Assembly: GCA_001949185.1 (NCBI GenBank)
Contig: BDGG01000015.1
Coordinates: 873,036-937,035 of the forward strand
Length of the DNA: 64,000 bases
Direction: 5' to 3'
From: Ramazzottius varieornatus
Taxonomy: Eukaryota > Animalia > Tardigrada
The notes beneath the pieces were generated by a model, which did not search any database, was not told where the DNA came from, and saw only the letters and a list, made by a program, of their open reading frames with translations. This document shows positions 63,671 through 64,000 of the stretch, one piece after another (within the stretch, counting starts at the first letter, position 1; the number at the start of each line of letters is the position of its first letter). The position numbers were made by a program, and so were the translations under genes.

Positions 63671-64000
63671 AACCTGTCCGGCGACGTTCGAGTAATATCT
63701 TTGATACTTGTGGATTTTATTGTTGTGTGGTCCAAGTCAACCAAAAAGAGAATAAACCAGCTGCGCTTTGCCTCGGAGTATGCTATGGCCAGCAGTAAGT
63801 ACCATAACATGGAAACGATCAAGAGCCAAAACAATAAAAGTACATAGAAGGAGTTGCTGTTATCTTGCCGCCGGCATTGCACTAAAAGACGCCTTATGTT
63901 ATGGCGTACTAGGTGTTTGCTGGAGGCCATTGCTTGTCCGGAATGGTTCGACAAGCAAAGAGCAAGACATGGCTCAACAAGTAGATCAGCTGTAATGGTG

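Noticed and set aside
63430-64000. 174-aa minus-strand ORF at the window end
   Set aside because: Overlaps the PTPA 3' exons antisense and has no recognisable family; a neighbouring gene end cannot be supported from this window.

Overview
Eukaryotic (invertebrate animal) genomic DNA with compact, spliced genes and mostly 60-200 bp GT-AG introns. Gene content (argos, invertebrate-type claudin, GABA-B R2) suggests an ecdysozoan, possibly a tardigrade; this is unverified. Housekeeping and signalling genes: IDH3A, WASHC3, a MATH-BTB protein, a CID-domain (RPRD-like) protein, a claudin, GABBR2, RAD6/UBE2A, EFL1 with an antisense argos gene nested in its last intron, CHSY1, a Ly6/uPAR GPI protein and PTPA. 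Transposon debris includes an RLE-type non-LTR element, two pieces of one hAT family, and several MITE or foldback elements. The most unusual observations are: (1) a separate gene next to WASHC3 made of six tandem copies of the WASHC3 C-terminal module, each split by the same intron; (2) two families of dispersed, almost exclusively intronic palindromic modules with tightly fixed spacer length (GTGGCGCAC-N25-GTGCGCCAC at about 15 loci; ACCTGCATAC-N28-30-GTATGCAGGT at 4 loci); (3) two decayed paralogues of an RRM + F-box gene family; (4) an intronless prepro-defensin-like peptide with 10 Cys. Exon boundaries were read by eye and no database searches were run.
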